Part shown: positions 13,341 through 27,991 of the stretch, piece after piece
Numbering within the stretch: the first letter of the stretch is position 1
How the letters are laid out: the number at the start of each line of letters is the position of its first letter
NCBI RefSeq assembly: GCF_009914755.1
Contig: NC_060928.1
Direction: 5' to 3' (one strand)
Length of the DNA: 64,000 bases
From: the human T2T-CHM13v2.0 reference genome, Homo sapiens
Translations under genes and position numbers: made by a program
Notes under the pieces: model-generated
Told to the model about the DNA's origin: nothing
The model's input: only the letters and a program-made list of their open reading frames with translations
The model's database searches: none

Positions 13341-13808
13341 GCACAAAATAGAAAAGCTCATTAAATCTACATGTCATTTCATAGCTAACAAAGTTTTACT
13401 GGGTTATATATTTAAATATCTACAGACATGAAGAGTATATTGTACAAGATAAGTTGACAATTCATGGGGGTGTGACTATTTTTCTTTCTTACACACCTAC
13501 ATAAACACAGTCAATAAGGTATCTCCATTCAGCACGTGGAATTGAAGAAAAAAAATTATAGCACACTCAGTGTCTCCAGAATTAGACCTCTGGAAACCAT
13601 AGTATCTGAAATAATACTTAATGGCATTGAGAAAAAAGTGGGAGTCATTTGAGTCTTCTGAATGTCATTTAAAGGGTTATTTGACAATAATCAATTTCTA
13701 GGATTATAAGAACAAAATTTATTTGCTAACTTAAAATTTTATTGTCAGATAAATTCATGCTTGCAAAAATAAGACTCAGAAAAAATTCTCAGGGGAAAAT
13801 CTTTTTTA

Positions 13809-14120
<312 letters not shown>

Positions 14121-16684
14121 AAATACCTATAATCAATCAATAGGCAATATCTTCATGAAGGGCCAAATTCCAGAATTTTTCAACGTATTCAAATAATGCT
14201 TCCACAAGGTTTACAAATGTAAACCACTGACACTTCATTCCAATCTGTCCATTGCCTTAATTTGCATGAAATTAAAAGTGGCCTTAAGAAATGCAGAGGA
14301 GAGAACAGAGAAGTGTTCACAGGAGCATTTCAAATTTGTAAAAAATTAGATTAGTCAACCACAGCGAAATGATTAAGATAAACTTATGAACCTCTGCAAT
14401 AAGAAGTCATATGACAATGAATGTATTAATTTCATTGAGGGTCATTTTCTGCCAGACAACATGGAACTGTCATTTTTTCAAACCAAGACTGCTTTAAGAA
14501 TACAATTTCAAGTGTGGTCCTCTGTTACAGAGAGGTAAATGTTATGGATACATAGTGCTATTTTGAGTTGCCCTGGATTTGAAGTAGTTAAAAACAATCC
14601 TTATTGATGTGATAGAAGGAAATACAAGGATAGACGTCTAGATATTCACAACTACATAAAGTTGAATTTTTAACCACATATAATCTCAACATTCCACAGG
14701 GATAGAGTATTAAAAATTATATCTCATCTCAGTCCATCTCATCTGCTCAAATAAAGGCCTATTACTTCTTCATAGTGTTTTGTATGCTAAGTCTAATATT
14801 AAAAAGTGCATTGTTGTAAATTCTAATTCAGCATATCCTTTTCATTTGGGGAGATAGGTAGGAACAAGGAGGATGTGGTGTTTTTGTAGCTCTTCATTGC
14901 AGTAAAACATTTAAATACTATTATTTAAAAATGACATAGTTAATATTCTCCTCAATACTTAGCATATGTATCTTATCTTTTCTAGTAAATACAGAAGAAA
15001 TATTCTTCACTTCAAAGAACCTCACTGAAGCTTTAATATGACTGTAAAATATATATAAAAAATAAATAGAAAATTGGAGACAACTATCATGATGGGTTCA
15101 TCTAACTTCTACATGAGACTGTCTACATCTTGTCTATTTTAAAATGAGACAAGATACAATTAGTGATTAAAAGAGTAAGCAAGTGTCATTGTTTGCATAG
15201 ATATTTCTAAGACTATGATAAAATAGCCATATATGTTTGCAAGAATTTTTATTGACTATGTGAAGTCAAATGATAAGAACTGTTACACATTCCCAAGGAG
15301 TTTTCGTATTAATTTTAATTTATTCTAAAATGAAAAGCAATAAAACAGAAAAATATGTGAACAAATATTTTCAAAAGATAAATACTAATGGATTTGTCAT
15401 GGTTTCTCTGGCTTGACATTGAGTATTTATTTCTCACATACAATTGCTTAGCTAAACATCAAGACCAATCAAGTTGAGTGTGTAAGACAAACACAAAATT
15501 GGACGCAAGGGATAACTAAAATTACGATTTTCCCTTAGGGGTTTCAGTTAGTAATTTTTGAATTCAAAATAATCCAATCAAATCTACATTATATGCCAGC
15601 AGTGCTCTAAAGATTTTAAGCATCTCAGTATGATAGAAAACGGAATAATGTTTAACTTTATCATTAATTAAGACAAGAGCATTTTATTATAAAATGGCTA
15701 CTTTCAAATATCCCTATTCAAAATTATTCAAAAGCTTCTAATTTGAAATTAGCAGGATAGATCCGTACTAAGACTTTTCAAAAGCTAATCTTCTATTCTT
15801 TCATCACCCAATCTATAATTTTTTACAAAGGGAAAGAAAGATTATAATTTTTCTTTAATTATGACCATCCTGCTTGTAATAATGACATTAATTTTGTGCT
15901 TCAGAGCTAGACATACTGTCTTCATTGCTAAGAATTAATAAAAAACTAGCATGTTTATGATCACATAATTATAGGATTCCAAAGTGGGAAGAGGGCCAAT
16001 TATCCAGGCCAACTTCTACTTTTCCTAGATGAAGGGATGCAAACAAATTTTATATCTAAGCACTAATTTAGGTTATATTTAAAAGTATCTCTGCTTGGTT
16101 TTTGGCTTCTATGTCTTTTTCTAAACTTTGCATACTCACAGAAAGCCCAGTTATTCAGGCAGTTCTTTGTTCTTTCTTGTGAACTGGTTTTCATCTCCCT
16201 TTTGGGGGACATGAGCCTGTAGATTATCTCAGCCTCTTTTCTAGGTTCTTCCTAAAGCCTAACACAATTATAAAGCAGGCTCTGTCTTGTCTTCAAGCTG
16301 ACAAAAATATTTTTTGAGACATAATGAAAAATTATAAGAATTTCTTGAAGGTGGAGTGAGAGGACGTGGAGAAGAAAGAGAAGAAGAAAGAAACAGGTGG
16401 AAGGGAAGAAGAATTCATCACATGAGTCATGGTGTTTTCACAAGAAAACAGAGTGGCTTCATTTACCACCAAAATCTTTTGAATGTCTACATCTTTTTAG
16501 TGTTTCAATATTATTTAAACTTTAAACGTTTTGAGAATTCATTCTGAATAGGGTAATTATTGGAATCCAGAAGGATGAACCAACTATGCTGTAGGGTACT
16601 GGGACAGGCAGTTAGAAAATTTGTATTTGCCAAAGGAAAGAAAATAAAATGAAAGGCAGAAGTCAGCTGTTCTGGCAGGGAAGA

Positions 16685-16860
16685 TGATAATAGACAATGC
16701 TTGTCCTGCCCCAGCACTGTTCTAAGTGCAATATATATATTGCACTTAGAACATATACATATATACATATATAATTATATTATATATTCCATATATGGAA
16801 GTTATTTAATCTTTATAAGAAGTCTATGAGATAGCTAAGAGGAGTTCATAGAGCGGAAGT
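16685..16860 (-). mobile_element. MIR fragment with internal (TA)-rich expansion
   Basis: CCAGCACTGTTCTAAGTGC...TTATTTAATCTTTATAAGAAGTCTATGAGATAG is MIR-like. Confidence 0.5.
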
Positions 16861-18339
16861 AGTATACATTTCATTTCATTTAATTCAGCTCTTGAACAAG
16901 TTATGATAGGACATGGACATTTATATTTGTTCCGATTAAATATTTCTTGTTTTAAATAAAAGGCTGACTTCTTAATTCTTAGAATAAAGAAAATAAGCAA
17001 AATTAAACATCAAAAATATTTATCATATTTGATGGAGCAATCATCAACATCTGGCATTTAGTGTGTGTCTTAGATACTATTTTTAAACTTTCCATTCATT
17101 GTTTTTTCTGCCACTGCCTTCATATTATTTCTTAAAGTATTGGGGTGGAAGTTTTTCTGATAGCACTGCTTAGTTACTGCTTAGAACTTAGATTTATTCT
17201 CCTGAGTAAACTATAGACAAGTTTTAGTTTTAACTATCCAAGATGCAACCACATAATCCAGAAATCTTGTATTGTTGAGAGAATATAAAAACCTACATTT
17301 ACAAACAATCAAATCTACTTTCTAAGTAGAAAACTAATGTGCCTTGAAGAGTTCTTCAATACCCATTTAAACACTTCTAAGAAAGTAAAGTTATTTACTT
17401 GTTTTTTTTCTCAAGATTGATTTTCTTAAATTTCTCTCAAATAGCAATTGAATGGACACACTTGGAGGTTTTAGATTTGTTCTAGGCTAGTTTACTCTTG
17501 GCCTTGCAACTTTTGAATCAATAGATTGATACTTGAGTAAATACATTTAGCACCAGTTTTACATGTTAGGTCACTGTTAACAATAAATTAAACCTAAATA
17601 CAAATTTTAAGGGAGAAAATCAGAAAATGTTTAAAGAAGACCAGTTTCGAAGAGAAGGTGAAAAAGAAGAGGATGAAGGAAACTATATAAACCTTTTTCT
17701 ATGAATAATTAGCATGATATTTGAGTAATAATACTCCAAGAAGAATTCTGCAGTCATTGCATGATACATATACTATATCTCCGAAGCCATTGCTTTACCA
17801 GAATTCTAGAGTATGGGTCGGGATTTGTAATTTTAACTTTTAAAATCAAACTCTATATAAGTAAATTACATTCTCTAATGAAGTCTTTCTCTCATACTTA
17901 TTTTTGATATTGCAAATTCTGACTCTTACTCTTCCTTTTCTCCCTCTCCTGCTCCTGACTTCACCTTGTTTAGTTTTCTTCTTTTCTTGAACACATAGAT
18001 TCTAAAGCCATTTGGTCAGGGTTAGGTGGGCATCCACATCTGGTTGGGTGACGGGGAGCTGTGATGGCCCAGAATTATGAGAGCCCAGGCAAAATGGAAA
18101 ACAGGTTCACATGGGAGAGCCACCTAGCATGGAGTCAGAGCTGAGAGAGGGGAAGGACTTCCATGAAGAGGATGATCTAGTGCAAGTCATATGAAGACAA
18201 CAGATTGAGAGAGGTATCAATATTCAGGCCAGACTCAGTGATATTGTCAGTGTCTGAGACTGTTGAGTAGGGCCTTCATACCAGGATTTTCTGACCATGA
18301 TGTGTTAAGTAGAATAGCTGTGCAAGAGACATGACAGTG

Positions 18340-19580
18340 TGGCAATGGCAAATTATTTACATCAGGGCAATTGATCAAATAGGTACAGATATTAAGAATA
18401 ATGAGAGAAGGTTTCTCATTTACAAACATTGAAAGGGAAAATCTAGAATAAATATCCTGGTGTTGAGTTAGAACATTCATGATTTTAGTAAACAAGAATA
18501 GATATACAAATAAATAAAGGTTCAAATTTGTATGTCTCTGTGTGTGTACAAATAAATATATTCCTTAGCTCTGTTTAGTCAGAGGGCCTAGAATTAGTGA
18601 CACCTCAATACCTAGCAGCACAGCACATTGATCTTGGTTTCTAAATATGTCTGATTCTTGGGGAAATGGCTGCTTCTAGACTGGAGAAGAGAAAAGACAA
18701 AATAAGCATGGAAACACATGTTGAGATAGAAAATAAAAATGTGCTCAAAACACAGGCGCATGTCAAAAAAACAACAAAAAAATGGAGTATGTCTTAAAGA
18801 ACTAGAGAAATCTGGGACAATTTCTGTATCAAAGCAAAGAATGAGAATAATATGTCTTAATTCTTTGAATAAAATAGAAATCCATGAATCCATATTTATG
18901 CTTAATAAGTAAATTGAAAGCTTCAATTTTAAATGAGAACAAATATTGACATTATTTCAAAGAGTTAATTCACAAATGAAAATCCTCACAGAAACCATCT
19001 TAGGTGATCAAAGTTAATATAACCAATAATGGGACAAACCAAATCATGTACCACCTAGTAAGATGGGATGAAAGAAAACAGCACCTCTTCTGTGATATTC
19101 CTGATAATGATGAATAACCTCAATGCACTTGTGAGAAAACATCATTAAGCCAAATCAGAGATATTCTACAAAATACCTAACTTGTAACTTATAAATTATC
19201 AGGATGATAGAAATCAGAAAAAGAATGAGAAAATGTTTCAGAATGAAAGTGCCTGCAGGGACATGACAATTAATCACACATGTGATTGTGAACAGGACTT
19301 CCTTTTTTATTTTTACTACATAGTTAACATTATTGACACATTTGATGAAAATTCAAAGGATCTTCTGATAATTTGATGGCAGTAATTTATCAATGTCAGT
19401 TTCCTGATTTGATTAATGCATTACTGTTTTATAGGAGAAAGTCTTTATGGGACATACATAGTAAAGTATTAAGGGATAATGAGGCAACAGATTAGACACT
19501 TATTCTGAAATGGTTCAGAACAAACATTATTTTTAATTTACTTGCACTTTTTAGATTAAAAATTATTTCAAATTAAAATG
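18340..19580 (+). mobile_element. Old L1 3' UTR (L1MC3/4-like)
   Basis: Motifs ACCTCTTCTGTGATATTCCTG, GATATTCTACAAAATACCT and TATCAATGTCAGTTTCCTGATTTTGAT are typical of L1MC 3' ends. Confidence 0.7.
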
Positions 19581-19660
19581 TATATTGTTTAAATTCAGTA
19601 AGTGACACATGGTATCATTGCACACACTTAATTTTCATTTTCTCATTAAAAGCCAGTTTG

Positions 19661-19773
19661 AGCCTGGCATGATAGTGTGTGCCTGTAGTCCCAACTACTT
19701 AGGAGGCTGAGGCGGGAGAATGACTTGAGCCCAGGAGATTGAGGCAAGTCTGGGTAACATAGTGAGACCCCAT
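19661..19773 (+). mobile_element. FLAM (free left Alu monomer)
   Basis: Single monomer: GCCTGTAGTCCCAACTACTTAGGAGGCTGAGG...CTGGGTAACATAGTGAGACCCC. Confidence 0.8.
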
Positions 19774-20077
19774 TTGGATTTAGTTTTTATAATCAAGAGT
19801 TATTTGTCTTTTTGTGTGAACTTTCTCTTTCAAATTTTCTTTTATTTTCTCACGAGACTGTTCTTCATGTATTTTCCTATTAGATATGTTGGCGCATTTT
19901 CTGTGATACAGTTGCTATAATCATTTCCTAGTTTGTCTTTTGATGTTATTTTTAGACATTTATTAAACTTGTATTTAGTAGTATTTATCAATATTTTGAC
20001 TTTCTGACTTTGAATTTTAGTAATTTTGGACAGTATCAATTTTTTAGTTATAAGAAAATTTACTTAGGCTTTTCTTT

Positions 20078-20314
20078 CCTTTTTTTTTTTTTTTTTTTTG
20101 TATATAATGAGAACATTTGGACACAGGAAGGGGAACATCACACACCAGGGCCTGTTGTGGGGTGTGGGGAGAGGGGAGGGATAGCATTTGGAGATATACC
20201 TAATGTAAAAGACGAGTTAATGGGTGCAGCACACCAACGTGGCACATGTATACATATGTAACAAACCTGCACGTTGTGCACATGTGCCCTAGAACTTAAA
20301 GTATAATAAAAAAA
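20078..20314 (+). mobile_element. L1PA (PA4-5-like) 3' end of ~210 bp preceded by a poly(T) tract
   Basis: L1PA 3' UTR at 20106-20314. T20 at 20080-20099. A 17-bp TSD TACTTAGGCTTTTCTTT lies at 20061-20077 and 20315-20331. Confidence 0.9.
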
Positions 20315-21209
20315 TACTTAGGCTTTTCTTTATGTACTTACATGATTTTGGTTTTTACATTTATATTTCTGATAAATCTTTAAGTTACTGTGATGTATAA
20401 GATATGAACGCAATTTTATTTTTTTCTGAAAATAGATGTTCATCTTTCCTCAGTATCATTTATTACAAGCTCATATTTTTGCACTGATTTCAAGCATCAC
20501 TTTTATCATACATAATAGTTTAATATATGTTTAGATCTCCTTTCTCATCTGTTCTGTTGCAACAGTACAGTTATATATTCTTGAGCCAACACCTCACTGT
20601 GTTTAGTTATAAAGGCTCATTATTTTAATATTATAGGACTGGGCCTCCCTGACATTTCTTTTTCTTTTTTTAATTAGTCTTACTTGCTTATTAATATTTT
20701 TTCATATGGATTTTTGAATTAAGTAATATAGCTCTAGAAAAACCATATTGGATTTTTTTATTAAAATAATGTCAGTCTTACAAGTTAACTTAGAGCTTTG
20801 TCATTTTATACTACTAAATCTTCATATCTTAGAACATGGTATGCCTTTCCATTTATTCAAGTTAACTTTTGTGCCTTTCGATGATTAGGTTTTCTTCATG
20901 TGGATTTTAGAAAACTTTGTTAAGGCCTCGGTATTTGATGTTTTTATTGCTCTTGTAAATGAAGTATTCTCTTTCAATATATCTTTTTACTAGTTATTGT
21001 CTCAATATATGCAGACTCAATATGTGTGTATTAATTTTATAAATTGCTATTAAATATTAACTATGTTCCTTTTCAGCAGGTTTCTTTTTCTTATTGCTTG
21101 CTTTAGGCTTTTCATATAAATTATATCATTTTGTAAATAGAGATCTTTTTATTTCTACATTCCAAAATATTATGTAAATTATTGCTTTCTCTTATCTAAT
21201 TGCATTGGC

Positions 21210-21668
21210 TAATGGGAGACACTCCTCTGTGTATCTCTTGGGCTCATACTCCTCTTACTGATTGTGCTACAAATGCATAGTCCTGACAGCTCATTACCTC
21301 GGCTTTCTCTTGGCACTTTTTTGTGTTGCAGAAAGCAACTTTAAAAGATGGAAGTATCTTTTCCCAGGACAGAGTAGGCTTGCTTATCACTACTATAAAA
21401 GTAGCCGATTCCCAAAGCAGCTCAGTTTTTTTCACATACCCACAGTGTACACGGCATCCATCTGGTCCACCCACATCACCCCTTGCCCCACTGTGGGACT
21501 CAGAGGGCAAGGGGAATGGGTGAACTCACCATATCATGCAGCTTGCTGTGCTATAGTGACAAAGTTCTGTGTCTGTAATTCAGAAGTCATGTATCTTTTC
21601 CCAACATTCGTAAAATAGAAGCGTATTAGCTTGTAAGTAGTATAAAATCAGATCTCAGACCCAATAGT
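21210..21668 (+). mobile_element. LTR40-family (ERVL) solo LTR
   Basis: Starts TGGGAGACACTCCTCTGTG and ends AAATCAGATCTCAGACCC. Homologous to 27479-27991. Confidence 0.65.
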
Positions 21669-22488
21669 TATTTCCTCCAATGCAGTTTTAGATACTAGCA
21701 GTACCACAGAACATTTTATTTTACTGATTTTACTGGGAAAGCCTCATCAAGTACGATTTTTAATTGTTGTACACATACACACAAACACAAACACAAATTA
21801 ATCATATTAAGGAATTATCTGCTGTCCATGTTCTTGAGCCTTTTTAAAACTCAGAATGTGCACTTTATTATACCTTTCAGAATCTGTGGCATTAATAATA
21901 AATTTTATTTTATTAGAATTAATATAATAAATTAAGTTAAAATATTTCCTCATTGAAGAAGCATTCTTGCATTTTTGAGGTACATTCCATTTGGTATGCT
22001 TTATCACTTTTAAATGTATTGCTGAATTCTATTTGCTAATATTTTATTTATGATTGTTGCATAGGTATTCATGAGTGAAACTGGTCTTTTGTTTTATTTT
22101 TAGTACAATCTTTATCAGGCTTTAGTACCTTTAAAGACAGAGAAAATCACTTCCTATAATGCAGAAAAATATTTTAGACCTTTATAGAATATAGTGACTA
22201 AAAGTAAAGGTGATAATATTCAGGGAGTAAATTGTGAATAAAAAGATAATGACAGTTTAGAATATGCTTACTAAAAATGCGTAATGTTATATCCCTTATT
22301 CAGAAATTTTTGTTAAAAATAGAAGTCACATCTCTCTAATTTAGGGAGGAAGTACATTTTAAAAGTTACTTCTTGAGATCATCCTAATATCTAAGATAAT
22401 ATAATTTGAAATGATTGTCCCTCTGGACTGAAAAATGAATCTTTGAGACAGAAATCTGTACCATTTAAAAGCAAAATACCAGTTCAAG

Positions 22489-22653
22489 GGCTGTGGCTCA
22501 TGCTCTGTAATCCCATCACTTTAGGAGGCCAATGCAGGAGAATTGCTTGAGCCCAGGATTTCAAGACCATCCTGGACAACATCTCTGGACTGTAACCTCT
22601 GTAGATCTCATCTCAAAAAACAAAAACAAAAACAAAAAACAAAAAACAAAAAC
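22489..22653 (+). mobile_element. FLAM_C / Alu left monomer with (CAAAAA)n tail
   Basis: Alu left-arm motifs followed directly by an A-rich tail. Confidence 0.8.
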
Positions 22654-23290
22654 CTAAAATAATACTAATAAAAGCAAAGTACTTAAGACCTCAGATTATT
22701 TTGTCAGAGCTAATATTGGGGTACCCATATAGCTTACACTTAGCATTTTATGAAAGCTCCATTTTTCACCAATTATTTTCCAGATTAAAGAAAATGCTAC
22801 AACTATATTTAAAACCTGCTTCCTATTTCCCTCCCATAGTTTCATCTTCCTTTTGTCCTGGATGTTACTACTCTTCTGATGTTGTGAGTGCATTCTTCCT
22901 TGTTTTCACCTACTCTGTAACATGGCTTTATCTCAGTCCTTCAAACCTTCCATCATGGCACAGCAGCTCATGACTCCTCCTCAGCCAAATCCCCTACACT
23001 CTGCATTCTTTCTGGGTACAGCTCCTTCACCTTCTTGCTCTAACAATTCCCTGGCTCTCCTTTGAGTTCATTGCTCTCCCACTAGAACTTTTCGGTGGAG
23101 GAACTCAGCATGATTAGTAACTGTTCATGGACTGTGTCCTCCTGGCTTCTCACTGCACTTTACAGGCCACTCCCACTCCTTCCTAAAACTGTCAGCTCTG
23201 AAGTTCATGCCCTCAAACCCTATCATCTGCCGTCCCTCTGTACTGCAGTCATTGATTCTCAATCTTTCATTCCCTAAAAATGTTAATTTT

Positions 23291-23584
<294 letters not shown>

Positions 23585-23599
23585 AAAATGTTAGTGTCT

Positions 23600-24108
23600 A
23601 TTTTATTTTTTACTTTTTCAAATTAAAAAATATATTTGTACAAATTTGGGGGGTACACAAGCAATTTTATTACATATATATAATGATTAATTATCAAATC
23701 AGAGATGTTTACTATAATCACCACTGAAGTACAATACATTTTTGTTAAGTATAGTCACCCTACTTTGCTATCAAACATTGAATTTATTCCTCTGATCTTA
23801 CTTTATGTTTGTAACCTTAAACCCACTTCTATTCATCTCTGCCAAACAACTCACTCTTTCCAGTCTCTGATAACTATTTTTCACCCTATCTCCATGTGTT
23901 CAATATTTTTAGCTTCCACATGTAAGTGAGAATATATGATAGCCCTTTTGCATGTGGCTTATTTCACTTAACATAATGACCTCCAATTCCGTCCATGTTG
24001 CTGCAAATTGCATGATTTCTTTTATTGTGACTAAATAATATTCCATTGACATATGTACCACATTTTCTGTATCTATTCATACATCGATGAACACTTAGGT
24101 TGATTCCC
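23600..24108 (-). mobile_element. L1MA 3' end
   Basis: TATAGTCACCCTACTTTGCTATCAAACATTG, AGCTTCCACATGTAAGTGAGAA and GGCTTATTTCACTTAACATAATGACCTCCA are L1MA-like. Confidence 0.85.
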
Positions 24109-26470
24109 TTTAACATGGCTCCAATCATAACTCTTGATGAAAATTTGATAATCTATCTACTAGCCAAGGCGGCTTTGAGTTTCTCAATGTCCTTAATTTT
24201 CCTCCTGACAACTCACTAACTCCCTAATTTGCTCCCAACATTATATCCTAATGTCATTACCAAAAACCTCATCTGACACAGTTCCAAGCATTGTGTTCCC
24301 AGTCTACCACTTTATATGTTTTGAACACAACTCCAAACTGCTATTAGGATTTATAGTAAAATCATTCCTATTGAATTTTCTTTGTCTCATCCCATGCATA
24401 CCCTCATTTTCTTTTCTTACTTTTAGTCCAGTTTTCAGTCTATTTTGGTCACTCCTTTGCATACACAATCAAACCCCTTGCTTCTCTCACCCTTTTTAAT
24501 ATTGGCCTAGAAACACCCCACCCTGGCTAAGTCCGACCTACCGCCTTGGAAGTCACTTGAATTGCCTAATGCAACTGAAGGAACAACACAGAATAAAATC
24601 ATGCAGTCTCATTTCAAATTCCTGGTTACTTACCTTAATTGGTCTCTCAGTAGCCTAGCAATCCTACAACATTTCCTTAGTTTTTACATTTTCCCATTTT
24701 CCTGGATGGATTTTTCATACCTTGTCTTTACAGGAACACCTAACACCCCATTTCTTTTTCTCACTTTTAGCTGCTGACCTAGTTTCTTGTTTTATTGTGA
24801 AAAGAAATAGAAGATCATTTTCAAATACCCTCAGAGCACATAGATCCACTTACTTTTATCTGCACCCACCTAGTCTATCTTTCTCCGTGCTATTATGAAT
24901 GAACTGTCTGCAGCCTTTCATAGACAGATGTGGCTACCTCTTCCCTTGTGAACTAAGTCCTGTCCATTTTTATGTCCTCAATTATTTTCCTTCAGCAGTT
25001 CTGTATTGTCATCTGTCTGATCAGTTTCTTCCTCACTTCTTGATTGCTCTTATTATAATAAAACTGCAATGCAATATCTTATTTATTTTTAAAAATCCCT
25101 TGACTCAATATTTCCCTCCAGCTAGTTCCTCCTTCATTCTTGCCTCTTAAGAGCAAAGTTACTTAAGATAATTTTCTATACTCACTGTCCCAAATTATTT
25201 TTTCATTGTCTCATTAACCTAGTCAAAACAAACGTTTGTCCCCAGCAATCCACAAAAACAATCTCATCAATGACAACTATTTGTTTTTCTAAATTCAGTC
25301 TTACTTGACCTATCAGTAATATTTGATAGTCTTGATCATTTTATTCATCTTGAATCATTTTCTTGACTTGGCTTCCAGGGTGCCCCATTCCCTGGCTTTT
25401 CTCCTGCCACACTGGCTGCCACTTCTTTTGTTTCTTTGCTGGTTTCTCCTCATCTCAGTTATTAACAAGTTTTAGAATGCCCTCTCTGGGCCCAGCACTT
25501 GGACTCTTCTCCATGGAAGCTTGCACCCTCTTTGATCTCATTCAGTCACATTGCTTTAAACATCATGTGTACACTGCTGCTTCCTCTATCAGGCAGAATT
25601 CAAAGAAGACTGTATCAAACAAACAATGAGTTAGGAGAAAATAGATTTCCCTACATGCTGCTCCTGTAATCATTCCCAATCACAATTCATGACAGTCCTA
25701 TTCTTTTCCACTGCTCACACCAAAATACTTTCAGTATTTATTGAATTCACTCACTTCCTCACTTCTTGTATTCCATCTAGGAACAAATATTGTCAGTTCT
25801 ACCTTCACAGTCTCTCCATAATATGAGCACATCTCTTTATCTTCACTGTTACTACCCTAAGACAAGCTACCTCTATCACTTGCCTGAGTCACTACGAAGG
25901 TTACTAATTAATCCCTCTTGTCTTCCTTCCATAAATTGCCCTCCTTCTTAACACCAATGTGATAACTAAATTTCGAGTCAAATTATGCCATGCTGTGCTT
26001 ACAATTCTTAAATAGCTTTGAATTTCTCTTCTAAAATGTCTTTGCTTTGCTGCACAAGACTAAATGACATCATATTTCACTTATCCCTCTGAAATTTTCT
26101 TCTTTTATATAAACTTCTGTTTTCAAGAACCATTATTGTTGATTCATTGAGAGATACTCTGTTTTTAACTGCTGTAGAGTAGATATTTTATGAATATGCT
26201 TCATTTCAGTTATCCATTTTCACAGTAGGGATTTACATATTTCCAAATTTGTATCACAAATTATCAATATATTAGACTCTTCACTTTTTGAGGTATAATC
26301 ATGAAAGTTTATCTTACTTCCTTTAAACACTGCTTTCAATTTTCATAGATGAAATATTTTACTTTCCATCCTTTTGTGAAATATCCAACAGATCCCATTA
26401 CTTTCTGGTGACTTCGAACTTCTCTGGCCAATGTAAAGCTTTATACTCATATCCAATTCAAAACTGGTAG

Positions 26471-27350
26471 TGTATCTGCTTACTTTTGGCACTACAGCAA
26501 ATAAACATACGCTCAGTGGCTTTAAAGGACATACATTATTATCTCACAGTTTTAAAGGTCAAACTCCATATGGACTCTCTGCTTCCTCTTCTCTGGTTTT
26601 ATAAGTCCAAAATCAAGGCATCAGCTGGCCATGGCTTTTTTCTAGATGCTCTAGGGGAGAATCCACTTCTGACATCATCCAGGTTGTTGGCAGGATTCAC
26701 CTCCTTACAACTATAGGGCTGAGGTCCTGCTTTCCTTGCTGAAGACTCTTCTAGCTTTTTAAGGCCACCTGCATCTCTCATCACACTGCCCCTTCCATCT
26801 TCAAACCAAAGACAGCATTTCAGGTCCTTTACACACTTCAAATGTTCCTGTCTTCCCCTTATGAAACATGTCTTCTCTAGCTGGAGACAGTTATCTGTTT
26901 TCAAAGACTCATATGATGAGATTTGGTCCACCAAGGTAATCCATGATAATCTCCCTATTCTAACATCTGTTACCTTAATTTCTGCAAAAACCCCTTTACT
27001 ATGCAATGTAACATATACACAGGTTCCCAGGAGCTGGGTGTGGACTCTTTAGGAGGGTCTGTCATTCTCCTTACCACAGTCTTCCCTACATTGCCCAAAG
27101 GTTCATGTCTCTTCCAAATGTAAAATATATTCACCCCATCCCAAGATCTCAAAGTTCTCATCCCATTATTGCATCAACTGAAAGTCTAAACTCCCATTTA
27201 AATTCATAAATTCAAAAGTCTCAAATCTCACCATCTAAATTATTGAAATCAGTGGGAACTGAGAATGTGAATATAATCTGTCCTGGAGCACAATTCCTCT
27301 TCATCATGGACCCATCATTCTACAGAAACAAGTTGTCTTCTACCAAAACA
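26471..27350 (-). mobile_element. MLT1 (D/E-like) MaLR LTR at 26471-27078 plus internal fragment
   Basis: TTATTATCTCACAGTT, GCTCTAGGGGAGAATCC and GGTAATCCATGATAATCTCCCTAT motifs. The LTR ends ...TACCACA. Confidence 0.8.
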
Positions 27351-27478
27351 TGTCCTGATTTGATTTCTATTTTAAAAATATAGTTGAATGCCGCAGTAAA
27401 ACTCAGACCTTCATGGCTGTGGGCCATATTAACCCATCAGCAATTCTAGTGCTCTGAGAGAAACAATATATTTAAATG

Positions 27479-27991
27479 GGTACTGGGAGACAAATATCCA
27501 TGGGTCGCTCATATTTCTTCCTATATCTTGCAGTAGAGGCACTTTCATCCTTTGTTCCAAAGTATCTTTTCATGGATATTTGTATGTTCAACAGGTATGG
27601 AAGACAGAGATAGTTTCTTTCTCTGAAGCAGAAAGCAGATTTGTTATCCAATGTAATATGTATATATGTAATGTCTCCATCCACTTGGGCAGATTTGATT
27701 GCACCCCCTTACAAAAGCTCAGGGCTTCTTTATCTTGGGGTTCTTCAACTGTGATAAAATCTCACAGTGTGTACAGCATCCTGCTGAACCTGGCTTACCG
27801 TCACCTTCCTGGAACTTGGGGCAGGGGGAGATTGTCAAGGAGAACCAAAGTGAACATGAAGCTCATGCTTCCCGCTAGGCTGTGCATTATAAAGTCCCCT
27901 TTTTCTGACTAAGGAGTCTTGTATATTTTGATAGCAAACTAACAGTAGCTCATAAGCAAATTCAAATCTCAGACCCTTACACTTCTTGTCA
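27479..27991 (+). mobile_element. LTR40a-like ERVL LTR, probably followed by an internal remnant to ~28470
   Basis: CTGGGAGACAAATATCCATGGGTC...AGAGGCACT...CCTTTGTTCC...TATCTTTTCA matches the recalled LTR40a start. Confidence 0.7.

Larger units (their letters stand above)
19590..22130 (-). mobile_element. Old L1M ORF2 fragment, interrupted by FLAM, L1PA and LTR40
   Basis: T-rich antisense L1 motifs, e.g. GAACATGGTATGCCTTTCCATTTATTCAAGT and TGAATTCTATTTGCTAATATTTTATT. Confidence 0.7.
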
